Assembly (NCBI GenBank): GCA_963748825.1 | Contig: CAVVKN010000007.1 | Span: forward strand, 1 to 64,000 | Direction of reading: 5' to 3' | Source of the DNA: Methanotrichaceae archaeon | GTDB lineage: Archaea; Halobacteriota; Methanosarcinia; Methanotrichales; Methanotrichaceae | Length of the DNA: 64,000 bases | Shown: positions 28,521 through 40,181 of the stretch, piece by piece | Position numbering within the stretch: the stretch's first letter is position 1 | Layout of the letters: each line of letters starts with the position of its first letter | Notes under the pieces: generated by a model | Databases searched by the model: none | Told to the model about the DNA's origin: nothing | The model's input: the letters and a program-made list of their open reading frames with translations, nothing else | Made by a program: the position numbers and the translations under genes

Positions 28521-29864
28521 ATGAACCCATCAGATACAAAATCCATGATTCCGGCTTTCCTCATCGCGGGCACCCACAGCGGCGTGGGCAAGACCACGGT
28601 TACCCTGGGCCTCATGGCCGCACTTCGCGCCCGCGGCCTGAATGTACAGCCCTTCAAGGTCGGCCCGGACTTCATCGACCCGTCCCATCATACCGCCGTA
28701 TGCGGGCGGCCATCGCGCAATCTCGATCCTTTCATGATGGGCGAGGATGGCGTGCGACGCTCTTTCTGCTCAGCTCTCGCCGGAGCAGACGTAGCCGTGG
28801 TGGAGGGTGTCATGGGCCTTTACGACGGCATGGACGGAACCCAGGTCGCCAGCTCCGCAGAGGTAGCCAAGATCCTGGACCTTCCGGTTCTGTTAGTCAT
28901 AAATGTGCATGGCATGTCGCGCAGCGCTGCAGCCATGGAGAAGGGCTTTGCGGAATTTGACCGAGGCGTGCACCTGGCCGGCACGGTTCTCAATCAGGTG
29001 GGAAGCGAGCGGCACCTGGCCATGCTGAAAAGCTGCATGGACAAGCCCGTCTTCGCCGCTCTGCCGCGGGAGAGGGAGATGGAGATGAAGAGCCGTCACC
29101 TGGGGTTGGTGATGGGCTTTGAAAAGGAGCACGATGTGCAAGCGTTGGCCGCGTTGCTGGAACGCCATGCCGCCATCGACGAAATACTGAAGCTATGCGC
29201 ACCGCCTTGTCCGGCTCTGGAGGAGAAAGCAGATGCCGAGAAATCCGTGCGCATAGGCATTGCCCAGGATGAAGCCTTCTGCTTTTATTACTACGAGAAC
29301 CTGCGCGAGCTGGAAAGACGCGGGGCAGAGCTGGTCTTCTTCAGCCCGCTAGAGGACGATCTGCCCGACGTGGACGGCCTTTACATCGGAGGAGGTTACC
29401 CGGAGCTACATGCCGCCCGGCTGGAGAACGCTCCCGCGAGACGACAGATCAAGCGGGCCTCGGAAGAGGGCATGCCCATCTATGGAGAGTGCGGCGGCCT
29501 GATGTACCTGGGCCATGCCATTGAGCAGGAGACTGGCACTTTTAGAATGGTGGGGGCACTGCCCGGCTCTACTATTATGACGAAACGACTTGCAGCTCTG
29601 GGGTATGTCAAGGCAGAGGCAGTAGGACAAAATCCTGTTGCAGGGCTTGGCAAGACCCTTCGCGGGCACGAGTTTCATTACTCGCGCTTTGACTGCGACA
29701 GGGACGCTCGCTTCGCCTACCGGCTATGCAGAGGCAAAGGCATCAAGGACGGCTGGGACGGGCTGGTGGAGCATAACACCTTGGGCGGGTACCTGCATGC
29801 TCATTTCTATTCCTTTTCCGTTGACAGGTTCATAGAGAGCTGCAGGAACTACAGAAAAACATAG
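28521..29864 (+). CDS. cbiA: Cobyrinate a,c-diamide synthase family (CbiA/CobB; a CfbB paralog is possible)
   Basis: GTHSGVGKT, FKVGPDFIDP, EGVMGLYDG, SRHLGL, GGGYPE, ECGGLMYL and GHEFHYS motifs. Confidence 0.9.
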   Translation: MNPSDTKSMIPAFLIAGTHSGVGKTTVTLGLMAALRARGLNVQPFKVGPDFIDPSHHTAVCGRPSRNLDPFMMGEDGVRRSFCSALAGADVAVVEGVMGLYDGMDGTQVASSAEVAKILDLPVLLVINVHGMSRSAAAMEKGFAEFDRGVHLAGTVLNQVGSERHLAMLKSCMDKPVFAALPREREMEMKSRHLGLVMGFEKEHDVQALAALLERHAAIDEILKLCAPPCPALEEKADAEKSVRIGIAQDEAFCFYYYENLRELERRGAELVFFSPLEDDLPDVDGLYIGGGYPELHAARLENAPARRQIKRASEEGMPIYGECGGLMYLGHAIEQETGTFRMVGALPGSTIMTKRLAALGYVKAEAVGQNPVAGLGKTLRGHEFHYSRFDCDRDARFAYRLCRGKGIKDGWDGLVEHNTLGGYLHAHFYSFSVDRFIESCRNYRKT

Positions 29865-30201
29865 CTGGCAAAAAAGGACGTTATAACAGTATGGAGAATG
29901 CCTCAAAGTGGATCACAAATAAGTATCTTCGTGAAGAAATCATTCGCGATTGGCTCATCGAAATCCGTTTTCTGAGAAATAGCCATTATTCCAATTTAAA
30001 GAATAATTTTATTGAATATTTATATCCAAATGACGTGCAATTAAATGTGAAATACTATGTCTCATCGTTTTCTATTTAGTGAAAATACTTTGATAATTGG
30101 TAAATACTCCTTGCATTCTAAGATATATAGATTCATTATGGAGAAAAGCTTAAATGCATATCCATGTGCACATAGGCCCATAAGCAAATGGAGTGTTAAC
30201 T

Positions 30202-30453
30202 ATGAGCAAAATAACAAGCGGAATTGTGCTCTTCTCTCTCCTGATGGCCCTCTCTCTGGGAGTCGCCTTCGCTGAGTCTGAAGTTGCTGCAACTGAGAAT
30301 GTAACTGAGAACGCCACGAACGTAACCAATATGACCAACGCCACAAATGTCACCATCATCACCAACGTCACCAATGTGATCAACGCTACCAATGTCACCA
30401 TCATCACCAACGAAACAAATGTGACCGTTGAAGCAAGCGAAGTAGCAAAGTAA
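30202..30453 (+). CDS. Small secreted protein packed with N-x-T sequons
   Basis: Signal peptide followed by 11 NxT sequons; downstream hairpin plus T-tract. Confidence 0.8.
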   Translation: MSKITSGIVLFSLLMALSLGVAFAESEVAATENVTENATNVTNMTNATNVTIITNVTNVINATNVTIITNETNVTVEASEVAK

Positions 30454-30491
30454 GCTATTATCGTAATCCGTCCCGTTGGGCGGAAAGCTGG

Positions 30492-30522
30492 GCAGGTTCT
30501 CCCTGCCGGTCATTTTTCTTTT
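30492..30522 (+). terminator. Hairpin plus oligo-T terminator
   Basis: ggcagg-ttctc-cctgcc followed by catttttctttt. Confidence 0.5.
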
Positions 30523-30624
30523 GGCTTGCAGATTCACATTAATAGGTCCTATAAGTATAATTGAAGAATGCGAAGAAATTTTTAGAAAGGCTTATATTTT
30601 TCTGAGAATAGGATTGTTTGAGGT

Positions 30625-31332
30625 ATGAATATGAGAAGCATAAATGCGTTGATATTATTAACCGTACTGCTGACATTTTCGGCAGGCTCCGTCCTGGCAC
30701 AGGATGCCATGAATGCCACAAATGCCATGAATGTCACAAATGACACTGTTGTCGCAGATGTCGCGCCCGTAGAAGAAGCTGCAGCTCCTCTGACGGAAAC
30801 CGTGGAAGCGATTGAAGCTGCGCCACAAGAGACCGCATCAAGGTTCAAGCAGCTCTCCACCTTTGTTAAGGGAGCAACTACGGTCCTGGGAAAGAACACA
30901 GCTCAGGAATACATGGATGTGTCTAAGACCGCTAACCGAGATACAGTATTCACCCGTGATGCGGGCGCTTCCACTCCTGCCGTGAAGGTTGGCATCACCA
31001 AGGTAAACACGGCAGAAGACAAATATGTCCAGATAACCAACCAGGCAGTTGGATCCTGGGACTTGACTGGATGGACCCTGGCCTCGGCCGGAAACACCAC
31101 CTTTACCTTCCCGGCGCTGACCCTGGAAGAGGAAAGCTCTGTGCGCGTTCATGAGGGTGAGGGAGTGGGCAGCAAGAGCAATATCTACACCAACAGCTCT
31201 GCCCCCCTCTGGATCGATAACCTGGTATCCCTGCAGGATGCCGATGGAAGTATCATATCAACTTATGATGTCTCCACAGCTCCTGCAGTAGGCGCGTGGT
31301 TCGATCCACTGGCCAGGCAGATCCAATACTAG
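30625..31332 (+). CDS. Secreted lamin-tail-domain-like protein
   Basis: Signal peptide; YVQITN....DLTGWTL....TFTFP...L....VRVH.G pattern. Confidence 0.8.
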   Translation: MNMRSINALILLTVLLTFSAGSVLAQDAMNATNAMNVTNDTVVADVAPVEEAAAPLTETVEAIEAAPQETASRFKQLSTFVKGATTVLGKNTAQEYMDVSKTANRDTVFTRDAGASTPAVKVGITKVNTAEDKYVQITNQAVGSWDLTGWTLASAGNTTFTFPALTLEEESSVRVHEGEGVGSKSNIYTNSSAPLWIDNLVSLQDADGSIISTYDVSTAPAVGAWFDPLARQIQY

Positions 31333-31423
31333 ATTCCGTTGGCCGCAATTCTAGGGCGGCATATACCTTTTTTAAACATTAGTTCAGAGCAACCGTTACA
31401 ATGACAGTTGAACAAGCTGGCAT

Positions 31424-32161
31424 CTAGATGTAGACCGCCGTTCCTGGCTCTACGTTGATTATCTTTGTGCCACCCCTTTCAAAGAACATTGTCTTCGGGT
31501 AGTTGAACTGACCATCGTAGACCCGAATATCATGGTTCTGGTTGCCAACCACACTAAAGCTGAACCTTCCATCAAGCGGATCTCCACCAGTTCCTTCGGT
31601 GCCTATGTAATTGCCATCCAGGAATATCTGATATCCTCTCATGCCTTGGGATACTATTGTGGCTGTGGAATCACCTGTGGTTGCAGCGGGAGACTGCGTG
31701 ATTGTATATTTGGGTGCAGGAATTTGTGCGACTGGATAGGTAGCCGTTGGTCTTGGATAGACTCTTACGGAAGATTTTGTTTTTGCATAATCCATAGTTT
31801 CTGCCCAGTTCTTTTGGAATGGCTCCCAATTCATTCCGGCTAAAGAATTCAATCTAAAGTCGGAATAATAAGGTGATGAATAAAATGGGTATACTCCATA
31901 AGGTCCTGGGTATGTGCCGTTCCTAAATTGATAAGGATAGGCATAATCTCTGAAAAACTCCGCGCCAAAGTAGGGATAGTATATCATCTCAGAACTCTGG
32001 CGTTGGTTTGGGGAAAATATCGGATCTGTGAAGTATTGGGCGACATCACCGCTATAAGGTCCGACGTATCCTCCACCAAGCCATTCCTGTCCACAAGCAA
32101 TACTAATCAGCAAGCATAAGGTTAACACTGCTATATACGGCAAAAATTTTCTATATATCAT
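31424..32161 (-). CDS. Secreted Tyr/Pro-rich protein with C-terminal PEGA-like beta domain
   Basis: Signal peptide; Y/P-rich middle; IFLDGNYIGT motif. Confidence 0.75.
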   Translation of the reverse strand: MIYRKFLPYIAVLTLCLLISIACGQEWLGGGYVGPYSGDVAQYFTDPIFSPNQRQSSEMIYYPYFGAEFFRDYAYPYQFRNGTYPGPYGVYPFYSSPYYSDFRLNSLAGMNWEPFQKNWAETMDYAKTKSSVRVYPRPTATYPVAQIPAPKYTITQSPAATTGDSTATIVSQGMRGYQIFLDGNYIGTEGTGGDPLDGRFSFSVVGNQNHDIRVYDGQFNYPKTMFFERGGTKIINVEPGTAVYI

Positions 32162-32518
32162 ACGATTTCACAAGATACCGTTATCACTAATGGAATTTAA
32201 CACTGCCTATATTCAGAAAAATTTTATCTGTTCATGGGCATCGTTATCCGAAAGAATATTATGAACGCAACAGGCTTGAGACAAGAATTAGGCGATGTCG
32301 AGGCACTGGGAGGGACCCTTCATGCCTCGACTATCGCCCGGCTTTAGTTCGACGTTCAACGATATAAAGAATGTGCTTGACCCGAATTTCGCTACAATTG
32401 ATTTGTCCTGATACAGTGTTGCTGCACGGGGAAGGATGCATAAGAAGATGAGATTGCTGCAAGCCTGCGAATCCGAATGCAAATAGCGATTCCCATCAAT
32501 CTAAATGCCATTGTTCTT

Positions 32519-32749
32519 TTACCATCTCGGTCCCGCCAAAGCCCGCTTCCCCAGATTTGTTAGTCCGGCCGCACATATGCCGTTGGGGAGGCTAGAATCC
32601 ACCATATTCGTTTCGCTTTGGGTCTTGACATATCCCTGCATCTCCAAGACCCCAAGGCGTGCTCCAAGTTCTTCTGGATCAAGTTTTACCAAAGAATTAA
32701 TCCTATCCGCTTTTGGGTAGGGAACCTTGAGGTCAGCTATTGCTTTCAT
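32519..32749 (-). CDS. Small winged-helix-like hypothetical protein
   Basis: RLGVLEMQGYV...LTNLGKRAL wHTH-like pattern. Confidence 0.6.
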   Translation of the reverse strand: MKAIADLKVPYPKADRINSLVKLDPEELGARLGVLEMQGYVKTQSETNMVDSSLPNGICAAGLTNLGKRALAGPRW

Positions 32750-33332
32750 GATCTCAAAATCGATAGTGTCCGTTGTTTATCACCTCGAGTTAATCATAGT
32801 GTAGCCCTGTTATAGTTATCGTTTCTTGTAAGTGTCCCGAATCTTCATTTGGGGTGGCGATTTTTGGTCGAAACGGTTTTATTGGAAGATGACCTCTTTT
32901 AATACATGGCTATCGAGAGAAGTATTAAGAACTTGATTTTGTTGGTTCTTGCAATCGTAATCGTTGCTTTCCTTTGGAGGACCATGTGGTTCCTGGGCGG
33001 ATTGGCCTTATTCGCAATTGTGGTCTATTTCGTTTACCAGTTGCTCAAAGGCAACCTCTAGTTCGTCCACTTTTTATCGCAAAACAAAACGCGTTACCGA
33101 CAGACAGATTGATCAGAATGAAAATCCCTAGGCGCGGTCTAGCTGATGAAGGACAAAAATAATCAGGATCTAGCGAGCAATTGCGGGACTCAAAAAAGCG
33201 TAACATCCGGGTGTTATGGATAATTATGAACTTTTCTTTAGCAAATTTAAATAAAAAATATACCAAATATATATTAAGAGTCAATTCTTATTGTGGATTC
33301 AGGTTGATTGCATCTCTTAAAAAAATCCACAC

Positions 33333-33424
33333 GTGCTTTGTTTCCAAATAGGACTCCAGGCCATCGTGTCCCAGTTCTCGCCAGAGACTGCTCTCCTTGC
33401 ACCTGCCAAAGAGCGCTTGCAGGT
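33333..33424 (-). repeat. Degenerate copy of the aldehyde dehydrogenase 3' end (35408-35499)
   Basis: LQALFGRCKESSLWRELGHDGLESYLETKH vs LQAPFGGWKESGLGRELGHYGLEAYLETKH. Confidence 0.85.
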
Positions 33425-33438
33425 GATTTGAATTCAAA

Positions 33439-34218
33439 TCAGGTCGAGCAAGGACACCATCTCTCCAGGCCAAGCAGATATGCGGCACCTGCTGCGGTGG
33501 TCCCATAGAATACAACTCTTTTGTCTTGGCCGATGGCCGTTTCCATTAGATCAACAATGGTGCCGTTGGCAAGTGTCGATCCGGTTATCAAGATGAGCGA
33601 GCAGCTCTCCAGCATCTCTCCTGCCTGCATTCCGTCCAGAACCCTCACATGGCAACGGACTGTTCCGGCCTCAGCCAGATCCGAGACCATAACCCTTTCC
33701 GGACCGAGGGCCTGTACCAGGGCTTCGAGAAGCGCGGGCTGCAAACCTACCAGCCCCACCTTCCCCACGTCCTGTTCAATTATCCATTTCGCCAATGAGG
33801 CTGCGCATCTCCTGGGTCCATCATCTCTGCAGTGAACCGTTTCTTCGATCTTTCCCAGATATCTGAGCACGGCATTCATGGTTGCGATCAGCACAGCCCG
33901 CTCGAAGCTACCGCTAAGCGGCAGCTCCAACACATCACCTAGAGACCCGTGAAAGCCTCCCGTTGCTGCGGTGAACGCCTGCCCAACAGCGCCTCTGTAG
34001 ACGGCCTGCATGAGCACCTCTTTCCCCCTGATGATGGGAAAGTCCTTCCTGCCTGTATCTCCGATGGCCTCGGCGACGCTGAGAGGACGGCTTACCACCA
34101 GTTCATCTCGCAGATTCACAGATTCGCAAACATTGCTTTGTGACTCAAGCTCTGCAATGAAGCGGCTCTTAGCCTCCTGCAGCAGATCTTCTTTCAACAT
34201 CTTAGCCTCAAGTTTCAT
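33439..34218 (-). CDS. Rossmann-like DUF364-related protein
   Basis: AIG...RKDFPI..GKE, GQAFT, ITGSTLANGT and FYGTT.AGAA..LGL.R.C motifs; overlaps modA stop. Confidence 0.8.
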   Translation of the reverse strand: MKLEAKMLKEDLLQEAKSRFIAELESQSNVCESVNLRDELVVSRPLSVAEAIGDTGRKDFPIIRGKEVLMQAVYRGAVGQAFTAATGGFHGSLGDVLELPLSGSFERAVLIATMNAVLRYLGKIEETVHCRDDGPRRCAASLAKWIIEQDVGKVGLVGLQPALLEALVQALGPERVMVSDLAEAGTVRCHVRVLDGMQAGEMLESCSLILITGSTLANGTIVDLMETAIGQDKRVVFYGTTAAGAAYLLGLERWCPCST

Positions 34219-35018
34219 CTCACCGGAATGAATCCGTATTTATCCAGGATGGCCTGACCCTCATTGGACATTATCAGATCGATGAACGCCTGCGCCTCCT
34301 TTGCATATTTTGACTGCGAGAGCGCGCCCACCGGGAAATCTCCTATCACATTATATTTGTCGGGAATGAGAATCTTAGTGACCTTGCCCACCATCTGCGG
34401 GCTGACATCGGATATGAAGGCAAATCCCGCATCTGCTTCACCCAGGGCGACTTTGGAGACGACGCGGTTTACAGTGGTCTCCTGGGAGACGACATTGGCC
34501 AGGACCGACTCTTTGAAGACAGGGCCATATTCCGGGTCCGCGGCGAGCTTTTCCAGAACCTGAAGGGCATAATCCCCAGCAGGAAGCTCTTTGGTCCCCA
34601 TTAAGATCTTGACACCAGGGACGGCCAGATCCTTCAGACCTGTGATGTTGGCTGGATTGCCATTGGGCACTATTATGGCAACTTTGTTCCGGACGAAGAT
34701 CTCAACGGTTTTATTTTCGATGAAGCCTTCCGACTTCAAGGCATTCATGTGCTTGAGGTTTGCTGACACCAGAACGTCGGCATAGGCTCCCTGCTCAATC
34801 TGGGCGCGCAGAGCAGGCACACCGTCGAAGTTGAATCTTACGCTCATATTACTGTGGTTCTCGTAGATCTCGCCAATCTCATTCAACGCCCCTGTAAGCC
34901 CGGCACCGCAAAAAACGGTAAGCTCTCGTTGCTCCTCGGCCAGACCCGCAGATGCATCCAGTAACAGGGCTGCAAGCAATGCAATAGATATTAGATATGA
35001 TATTCGATTATTGGTCAA
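34215..35018 (-). CDS. modA: Molybdate/tungstate ABC transporter substrate-binding protein
   Basis: Signal peptide; QIEQGAYADV..SAN, P.G.YA, V.LGEADAGF and IL.KYGF motifs. Confidence 0.92.
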   Translation of the reverse strand: MTNNRISYLISIALLAALLLDASAGLAEEQRELTVFCGAGLTGALNEIGEIYENHSNMSVRFNFDGVPALRAQIEQGAYADVLVSANLKHMNALKSEGFIENKTVEIFVRNKVAIIVPNGNPANITGLKDLAVPGVKILMGTKELPAGDYALQVLEKLAADPEYGPVFKESVLANVVSQETTVNRVVSKVALGEADAGFAFISDVSPQMVGKVTKILIPDKYNVIGDFPVGALSQSKYAKEAQAFIDLIMSNEGQAILDKYGFIPVR

Positions 35019-35389
35019 TGGTCATTCCCCCCGAACCACTTACTTTAATTTTTATGAAACCGCTTGCCGATTATGGCAGCCGCCATTTCAGATTATTATA
35101 TTACAATCTCTTCCGGTCCTGGATCATCCAGACCCTCGGTTCCTGCCAGGTGGTATAGGCCGGGGACGTTCAATTTGCCTCCGGCCTTCGGTCATGCCAA
35201 AAGTTGGTGGACACAACTTTAAAATATGGCTCCATGAAGTGAAGTGCTTAATCTGTTCCATCGTCTTGACCTCGACTCACCTCCGTAAGCCAAAATGCCT
35301 GCTGATTATAAGGAATTATTTGAGAAGAAGGCGGCAAATTTCGGAATCATGCAGATGGATTATGAAAAGGTGTGAGCAGATAGGTGCGC

Positions 35390-36823
35390 TCACATCCCCA
35401 GGCGGATGTGCTTCGTTTCCAAATAGGCCTCCAGGCCATAGTGTCCCAGCTCTCGCCCAAGGCCGCTCTCCTTCCACCCACCAAAGGGCGCCTGCAGGTC
35501 CACCACGTTGTTCACATTGATCCCGATGCCTCCCGCCTCCAGACCCTCTGCGGCGCATAGCGCCATCTTGAGATCGTTGGTAAAGATGTAAGCTGCGAGG
35601 CCGTACTCGCTGTCGTTAGCCAGGGCAATGGCCCCCTCAAGCGTCTTGAACTTCATAATCGGTGCCACCGGCCCGAAGGTCTCCTCTCGCATGACTCTCA
35701 TGCTGTGGTCGGCCCCACCCAACACAGTGGGTCGGAAGAAGTAGCCCTTCTCATAAGCCTCGCCTTCCGGCTCCCGTCCGCCCGTGAGAAGCTCTGCCCC
35801 TTTTTCAATCGCATCGGCCACATGCCCCTGCGTCCTATCCCGCTGCGCCCGGCTGAACATGGGACCCAGGTCCACATCAGGCTCAAGGCCATTGCCGATC
35901 TTCAGCCGCTCGGCACGCTTCACAAGCTCCTCAGTGAACTGCTCGGCCACCTCCTGCGCCACATAAATTCTATTGACGCTGATGCAGATCTGGCCCATGT
36001 TGGAGAAGGCACGCTGGGCGGCGGCAGCAGCCGCTGCCTCTAAATCGGCGTCCGGGCAAACGATAAAGGGCGACTGGCCACCCAGCTCCAGGGATACGCG
36101 CTTGATATGGGCTGCAGCGTGGGACATGATCCAACGACCGGTCCCTGTCTCACCGGTAAACGCAATCTTTCGGGAGATGGGATTTTCCACCAACTCTGCC
36201 CCCACCTCGCCGCCCGGCCCGTGAACCACATTGGCTGCGCCAGCCGGCAGTCCGGCATCGCAGACCGCCCTAACGAATTCAGTGGCGGCGAGAGGAGCGA
36301 GGCTGGGCGGCTTGGCCACGAAGGTGCAGCCCGCGGCAAGGCAGGGCGCGACCTTCCAGGCTAAAAGATCCACGGGAAAGTTCCAGGGGGTGATGAGAGC
36401 GGCGACGCCCACTGGCTGCCTCAGCACGATGCTTCTGCTGTGCGGAGAAGAAATCCATTCGCCAAAGTTTCGCTTGCCCTCTTCAGCGTAGTAGTCCAGG
36501 ACATCCGCCGAGGAGAGGATTTCCATCCTGGCGTTCTTGAGGGGCTTGCCCTGCTCCAGAGTAAGCAGGCGTGCTATCTGTTCGGCTCGCTGCCGTACTA
36601 GGTCAGCAGCAGCGTGCAAGATCTTTGCTCGCTCCTGGCAGGAGGTTGCAGACCAGATGGGAAAAGCCCTCTTGGCCGCCTCCAGGGCCAGGCAAGCATC
36701 CTGGCGCGAGCCTACGGCGACTTCTGCCACAGGTTCCTGGTTAGCTGGATTATAGATGATCTCGACTTTGCCGGACAGGGAGATAACCTGCTCTCCGTTG
36801 ATAAGCATATGAGATTGGTGCAT
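35390..36823 (-). CDS. NAD(P)-dependent aldehyde dehydrogenase (SSADH-like)
   Basis: ITPWNFP, AFTG, LELGG, GQICIS, EETFGP and PFGGWKESG motifs. Confidence 0.95.
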   Translation of the reverse strand: MHQSHMLINGEQVISLSGKVEIIYNPANQEPVAEVAVGSRQDACLALEAAKRAFPIWSATSCQERAKILHAAADLVRQRAEQIARLLTLEQGKPLKNARMEILSSADVLDYYAEEGKRNFGEWISSPHSRSIVLRQPVGVAALITPWNFPVDLLAWKVAPCLAAGCTFVAKPPSLAPLAATEFVRAVCDAGLPAGAANVVHGPGGEVGAELVENPISRKIAFTGETGTGRWIMSHAAAHIKRVSLELGGQSPFIVCPDADLEAAAAAAAQRAFSNMGQICISVNRIYVAQEVAEQFTEELVKRAERLKIGNGLEPDVDLGPMFSRAQRDRTQGHVADAIEKGAELLTGGREPEGEAYEKGYFFRPTVLGGADHSMRVMREETFGPVAPIMKFKTLEGAIALANDSEYGLAAYIFTNDLKMALCAAEGLEAGGIGINVNNVVDLQAPFGGWKESGLGRELGHYGLEAYLETKHIRLGM

Positions 36824-37184
36824 AATGACCTCTTGGTAGTCATCGTCTAGCCACTTAAAGACTGTTATCTTAGATTTCGACAATATTACCGTTTATCAAT
36901 AGTTTGAGATCCAGGGAATGCAGAAATTAAGAAGGAATTACAGGACCCCAGCATAGAACTCAATTAATCTTCATTGGCATGGCCTTGGATTTGCTTGAAA
37001 AAAAGATGTCTTGCAGAACAAAATACTTATATCTCTTAAAAGGACTGATGTAATAAAGTAATTACATATGTTAAGGATCTGGATAGTACGTCATCAGTAT
37101 ATTTCGAAAGAAGCTTGCAAGGAAATGGATGCAGCTTACAAGGCGAATCCGCGATGATGCAGTACTTATTGATGGATTGGTGGA

Positions 37185-40181
37185 ATGAGCATTTGCTTTG
37201 ACAACAGGCGAAGCTACTTTCGCAGCGCTCTGATGCTGGCTGCCACCATTGTGATTGGGTATCTGGCCCTTTTAATTTTATTAAGAAATGATCCGGTGTT
37301 TCGTCTCACGCTCAATGATTTGCTCTTTCCTGTATTTAATGGACTGGCAGCAGTCGGTTTGCTCTACGCGGCCTTTCGCTCTGATATCTTTGGACGGCGT
37401 GCACGCATTGCATGGACCTTTCTGTTTCTGGGCCAGATTTCTTTTACGCTGGGAGACATAACCTGGGCTGTCCTGGAGCTGGGCTTCCATCAGGAACCAA
37501 TAGCTTCAGTATCCGACGCTTTTTATCTAATGTTTTATCCATTCCTTGCCATAGGCATTCTTCTCTTACCCGCAGTGCCATTAACTCGCAAGGAGAAACT
37601 CAAGTTATTGTTGGACACCGGAATCGTAATGATCTCGGCAGTTCTGGTCTTCTGGGCTTTTTTAATTGAGCCAACTATCGCGGCCAACAGAGAAGATACA
37701 ATGGTTTTGGCAATCTCCCTGGCATACCCAGTAATGGATTTGATTTTATTTTTTGCCTTGCTGCAATTGCTGTTTAGGAGGCTACGGTCGGCGGAACAAA
37801 GGCCATTATTACTGCTGTCTGTCGGTATTGCCACGGGGATCATCACCGATGTTGTTTATCTCATGCAAACTCTCCAGGAAACATATGCAACAGGCAACTT
37901 TTTGGATATGGGATGGCTGGTCAGCTACGCCTTTATCGGGCTGGCTGGAGTATTGCAGGCAGATATCAGTAAGCTTGACCCATCTAGTCGTTCTCATGAA
38001 ATTGAACCGCGTCGCGAACAATTCGCCTGGCTTACCTATTTACCCTACATTTGCGCTGTAGCTGCCTACCTTATGCTCATCTGGAGCCATTACAATCTAC
38101 TAGATTCTTTTTCAGTGTTTTCCTTGGGCATAGGCGCCATCATAGGACTCGTGATCCTTCGCCAGGTCGTGGCACTTGATGAGAATGTGAATCTGTTTAA
38201 GGCTGCCCAGATGGAGATCGATGAGCGCAAGCGAGCAGAAGTGCGACTTCGGCAAAGCGAAGAACGTTACCGCGACGTCTTCGAGGCCGCACCGGATGTG
38301 ATCTTCACTATCTCGTCAAAGGATGCAACGTTCACATCTCTCAATCCAGCCTTTGAGAAGTTTTCCGGATGGCCTGCAGCAGAGTGGCTCGACAAACCAT
38401 TTATAAAAATCATTCATCCGGAAGACATTCCTATCGCCCGAGAAATGTTTAGCGATAGCCTGGAAGGAAAAAATGCACGATCCCATGAACTGAGGTGCTT
38501 AATCAAATCCGGCGAGTATCTAACTGCTGAGATCATAGGCGTTCCCCTGATTGAAAGCGGAAAGATTGTAGGAGAGCTTGGATTTGCTCGAAACATCACC
38601 GAGCGCAAGCAGGCGGAGGCGGAATTACAGAGGGCCAAGGAAGCTGCGGAGGCGTCAACCGAAGCCAAGTCTGAATTCCTGGCCAATATGAGTCATGAGA
38701 TACGCACGCCAATGAATGCAGTTATCGGCATGACAGGACTGCTACTGGAGGCGGATTTAGCGCAGGAACAGCGAGATTATTTGGAGACTATTCGAAGCAG
38801 CGGAAATACATTGCTGTCCCTCATCAATGACATCCTGGACTTCTCAAAGATCGAAAGCGGCAAACTGGAGATGGAATGTCAGCCTTTCGACCTGAGAGAC
38901 TGCGTGGAGGACTCTTTGGATCTGGTGGCCGCCAAAGCTGCTGAGAAAAGGCTGGAAGTCATATACATTTTTGAGAATAATGTACCGGAGATAGTAATTG
39001 GGGATGTTACCAGGCTCCGCCAGATCTTGGCCAACCTCTTGGGTAATGCAGTGAAGTTTACCGAAAAGGGAGAGGTGGTGCTGGCAATTAGCTCTTTGCC
39101 TCAAGAGCCTGGAAAAATCGAGCTGAATTTCGCAGTTAGGGACACGGGTATTGGGATATCCAAGGATCGAATGGACAGGCTGTTCCGGTCCTTCAGTCAG
39201 GTCGATTCTTCTACTACCAGACATTATGGAGGGACCGGGCTAGGCCTGGCCATAAGCAAACGCCTCGTAGAAATGATGGGTGGAAGGATCTGGGTAAAGA
39301 GCGAACCGGGAAAGGGCAGCACTTTCCAGTTCACCATAATCGCACAGTCACCTGCACCCAAAGAGGCAGTCTCTACGAATTCCAGCCTGACAGGGAAGCG
39401 AATCCTTGTGGTCTATGGAAATGACATTTCCCGAAGCATGCTGGCAGAAGCCGCGCGTTCTTGGGGAATGATTCCGGCAGTGGCTGCTAGCGGAAAAGCC
39501 GCCCTGGAAATGCTCGCTGCAGAGACCTTTGATTTTGTGATTCTGGATGCAGTATTGCCTGATGTAGACGGCCAGTCCCTATCCAGAAAAGTTAAAAGAG
39601 GCAAGAATGCGGATATTATATCTGTGATATTCACACCAATCGGCCGCAGCCTCCTCCGTGAGACACAGGTCGACGGCTGGCTGACCAAGCCCATCAAGCC
39701 CATCCAGCTTCGCAATCTTTTGATAGAATTTCTATTGCCAGAAAAAGATTTGCTGCCGAACATTGCCGGCTCCAAGCCCTCTCCCAGCGAGATTAAGGAT
39801 CGCAGTCTACGTATTCTCATGGCAGAAGACAATCCCGTAAACCAGAAGGTGGCCCTTAGCATGCTAAAACGCATCGGATATCAGGCTGATGTAGCTGCTA
39901 ATGGCTTCGAAGTTTTGCAGGCATTGGAGCGGCAGCCCTATGATGTTGTGCTGATGGATGTGCAGATGCCGGAGATGGACGGCTTTGAAGCAACGCGCCG
40001 CATTCGCAGCTTGGGATCCAAGATTTGCATAATAGCAATGACTGCCCACGCGCTTAATGGCGATAAGAGAGCCTGTCTAGATGTGGGCATGGACGAGTAC
40101 GTCAGCAAGCCGATCAGGATGGAAGAGCTGCAAAAGGTTCTGGAAAGATGCGTCGCAACCAGGGACTGCAGCGGCTCATAA
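37185..40181 (+). CDS. Membrane-bound hybrid sensor histidine kinase (TM-PAS-HisKA-HATPase-REC-REC)
   Basis: [28 protein letters not shown] motifs; final REC with AEDN...[10 protein letters not shown]...KP. Confidence 0.95.
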   Translation: MSICFDNRRSYFRSALMLAATIVIGYLALLILLRNDPVFRLTLNDLLFPVFNGLAAVGLLYAAFRSDIFGRRARIAWTFLFLGQISFTLGDITWAVLELGFHQEPIASVSDAFYLMFYPFLAIGILLLPAVPLTRKEKLKLLLDTGIVMISAVLVFWAFLIEPTIAANREDTMVLAISLAYPVMDLILFFALLQLLFRRLRSAEQRPLLLLSVGIATGIITDVVYLMQTLQETYATGNFLDMGWLVSYAFIGLAGVLQADISKLDPSSRSHEIEPRREQFAWLTYLPYICAVAAYLMLIWSHYNLLDSFSVFSLGIGAIIGLVILRQVVALDENVNLFKAAQMEIDERKRAEVRLRQSEERYRDVFEAAPDVIFTISSKDATFTSLNPAFEKFSGWPAAEWLDKPFIKIIHPEDIPIAREMFSDSLEGKNARSHELRCLIKSGEYLTAEIIGVPLIESGKIVGELGFARNITERKQAEAELQRAKEAAEASTEAKSEFLANMSHEIRTPMNAVIGMTGLLLEADLAQEQRDYLETIRSSGNTLLSLINDILDFSKIESGKLEMECQPFDLRDCVEDSLDLVAAKAAEKRLEVIYIFENNVPEIVIGDVTRLRQILANLLGNAVKFTEKGEVVLAISSLPQEPGKIELNFAVRDTGIGISKDRMDRLFRSFSQVDSSTTRHYGGTGLGLAISKRLVEMMGGRIWVKSEPGKGSTFQFTIIAQSPAPKEAVSTNSSLTGKRILVVYGNDISRSMLAEAARSWGMIPAVAASGKAALEMLAAETFDFVILDAVLPDVDGQSLSRKVKRGKNADIISVIFTPIGRSLLRETQVDGWLTKPIKPIQLRNLLIEFLLPEKDLLPNIAGSKPSPSEIKDRSLRILMAEDNPVNQKVALSMLKRIGYQADVAANGFEVLQALERQPYDVVLMDVQMPEMDGFEATRRIRSLGSKICIIAMTAHALNGDKRACLDVGMDEYVSKPIRMEELQKVLERCVATRDCSGS

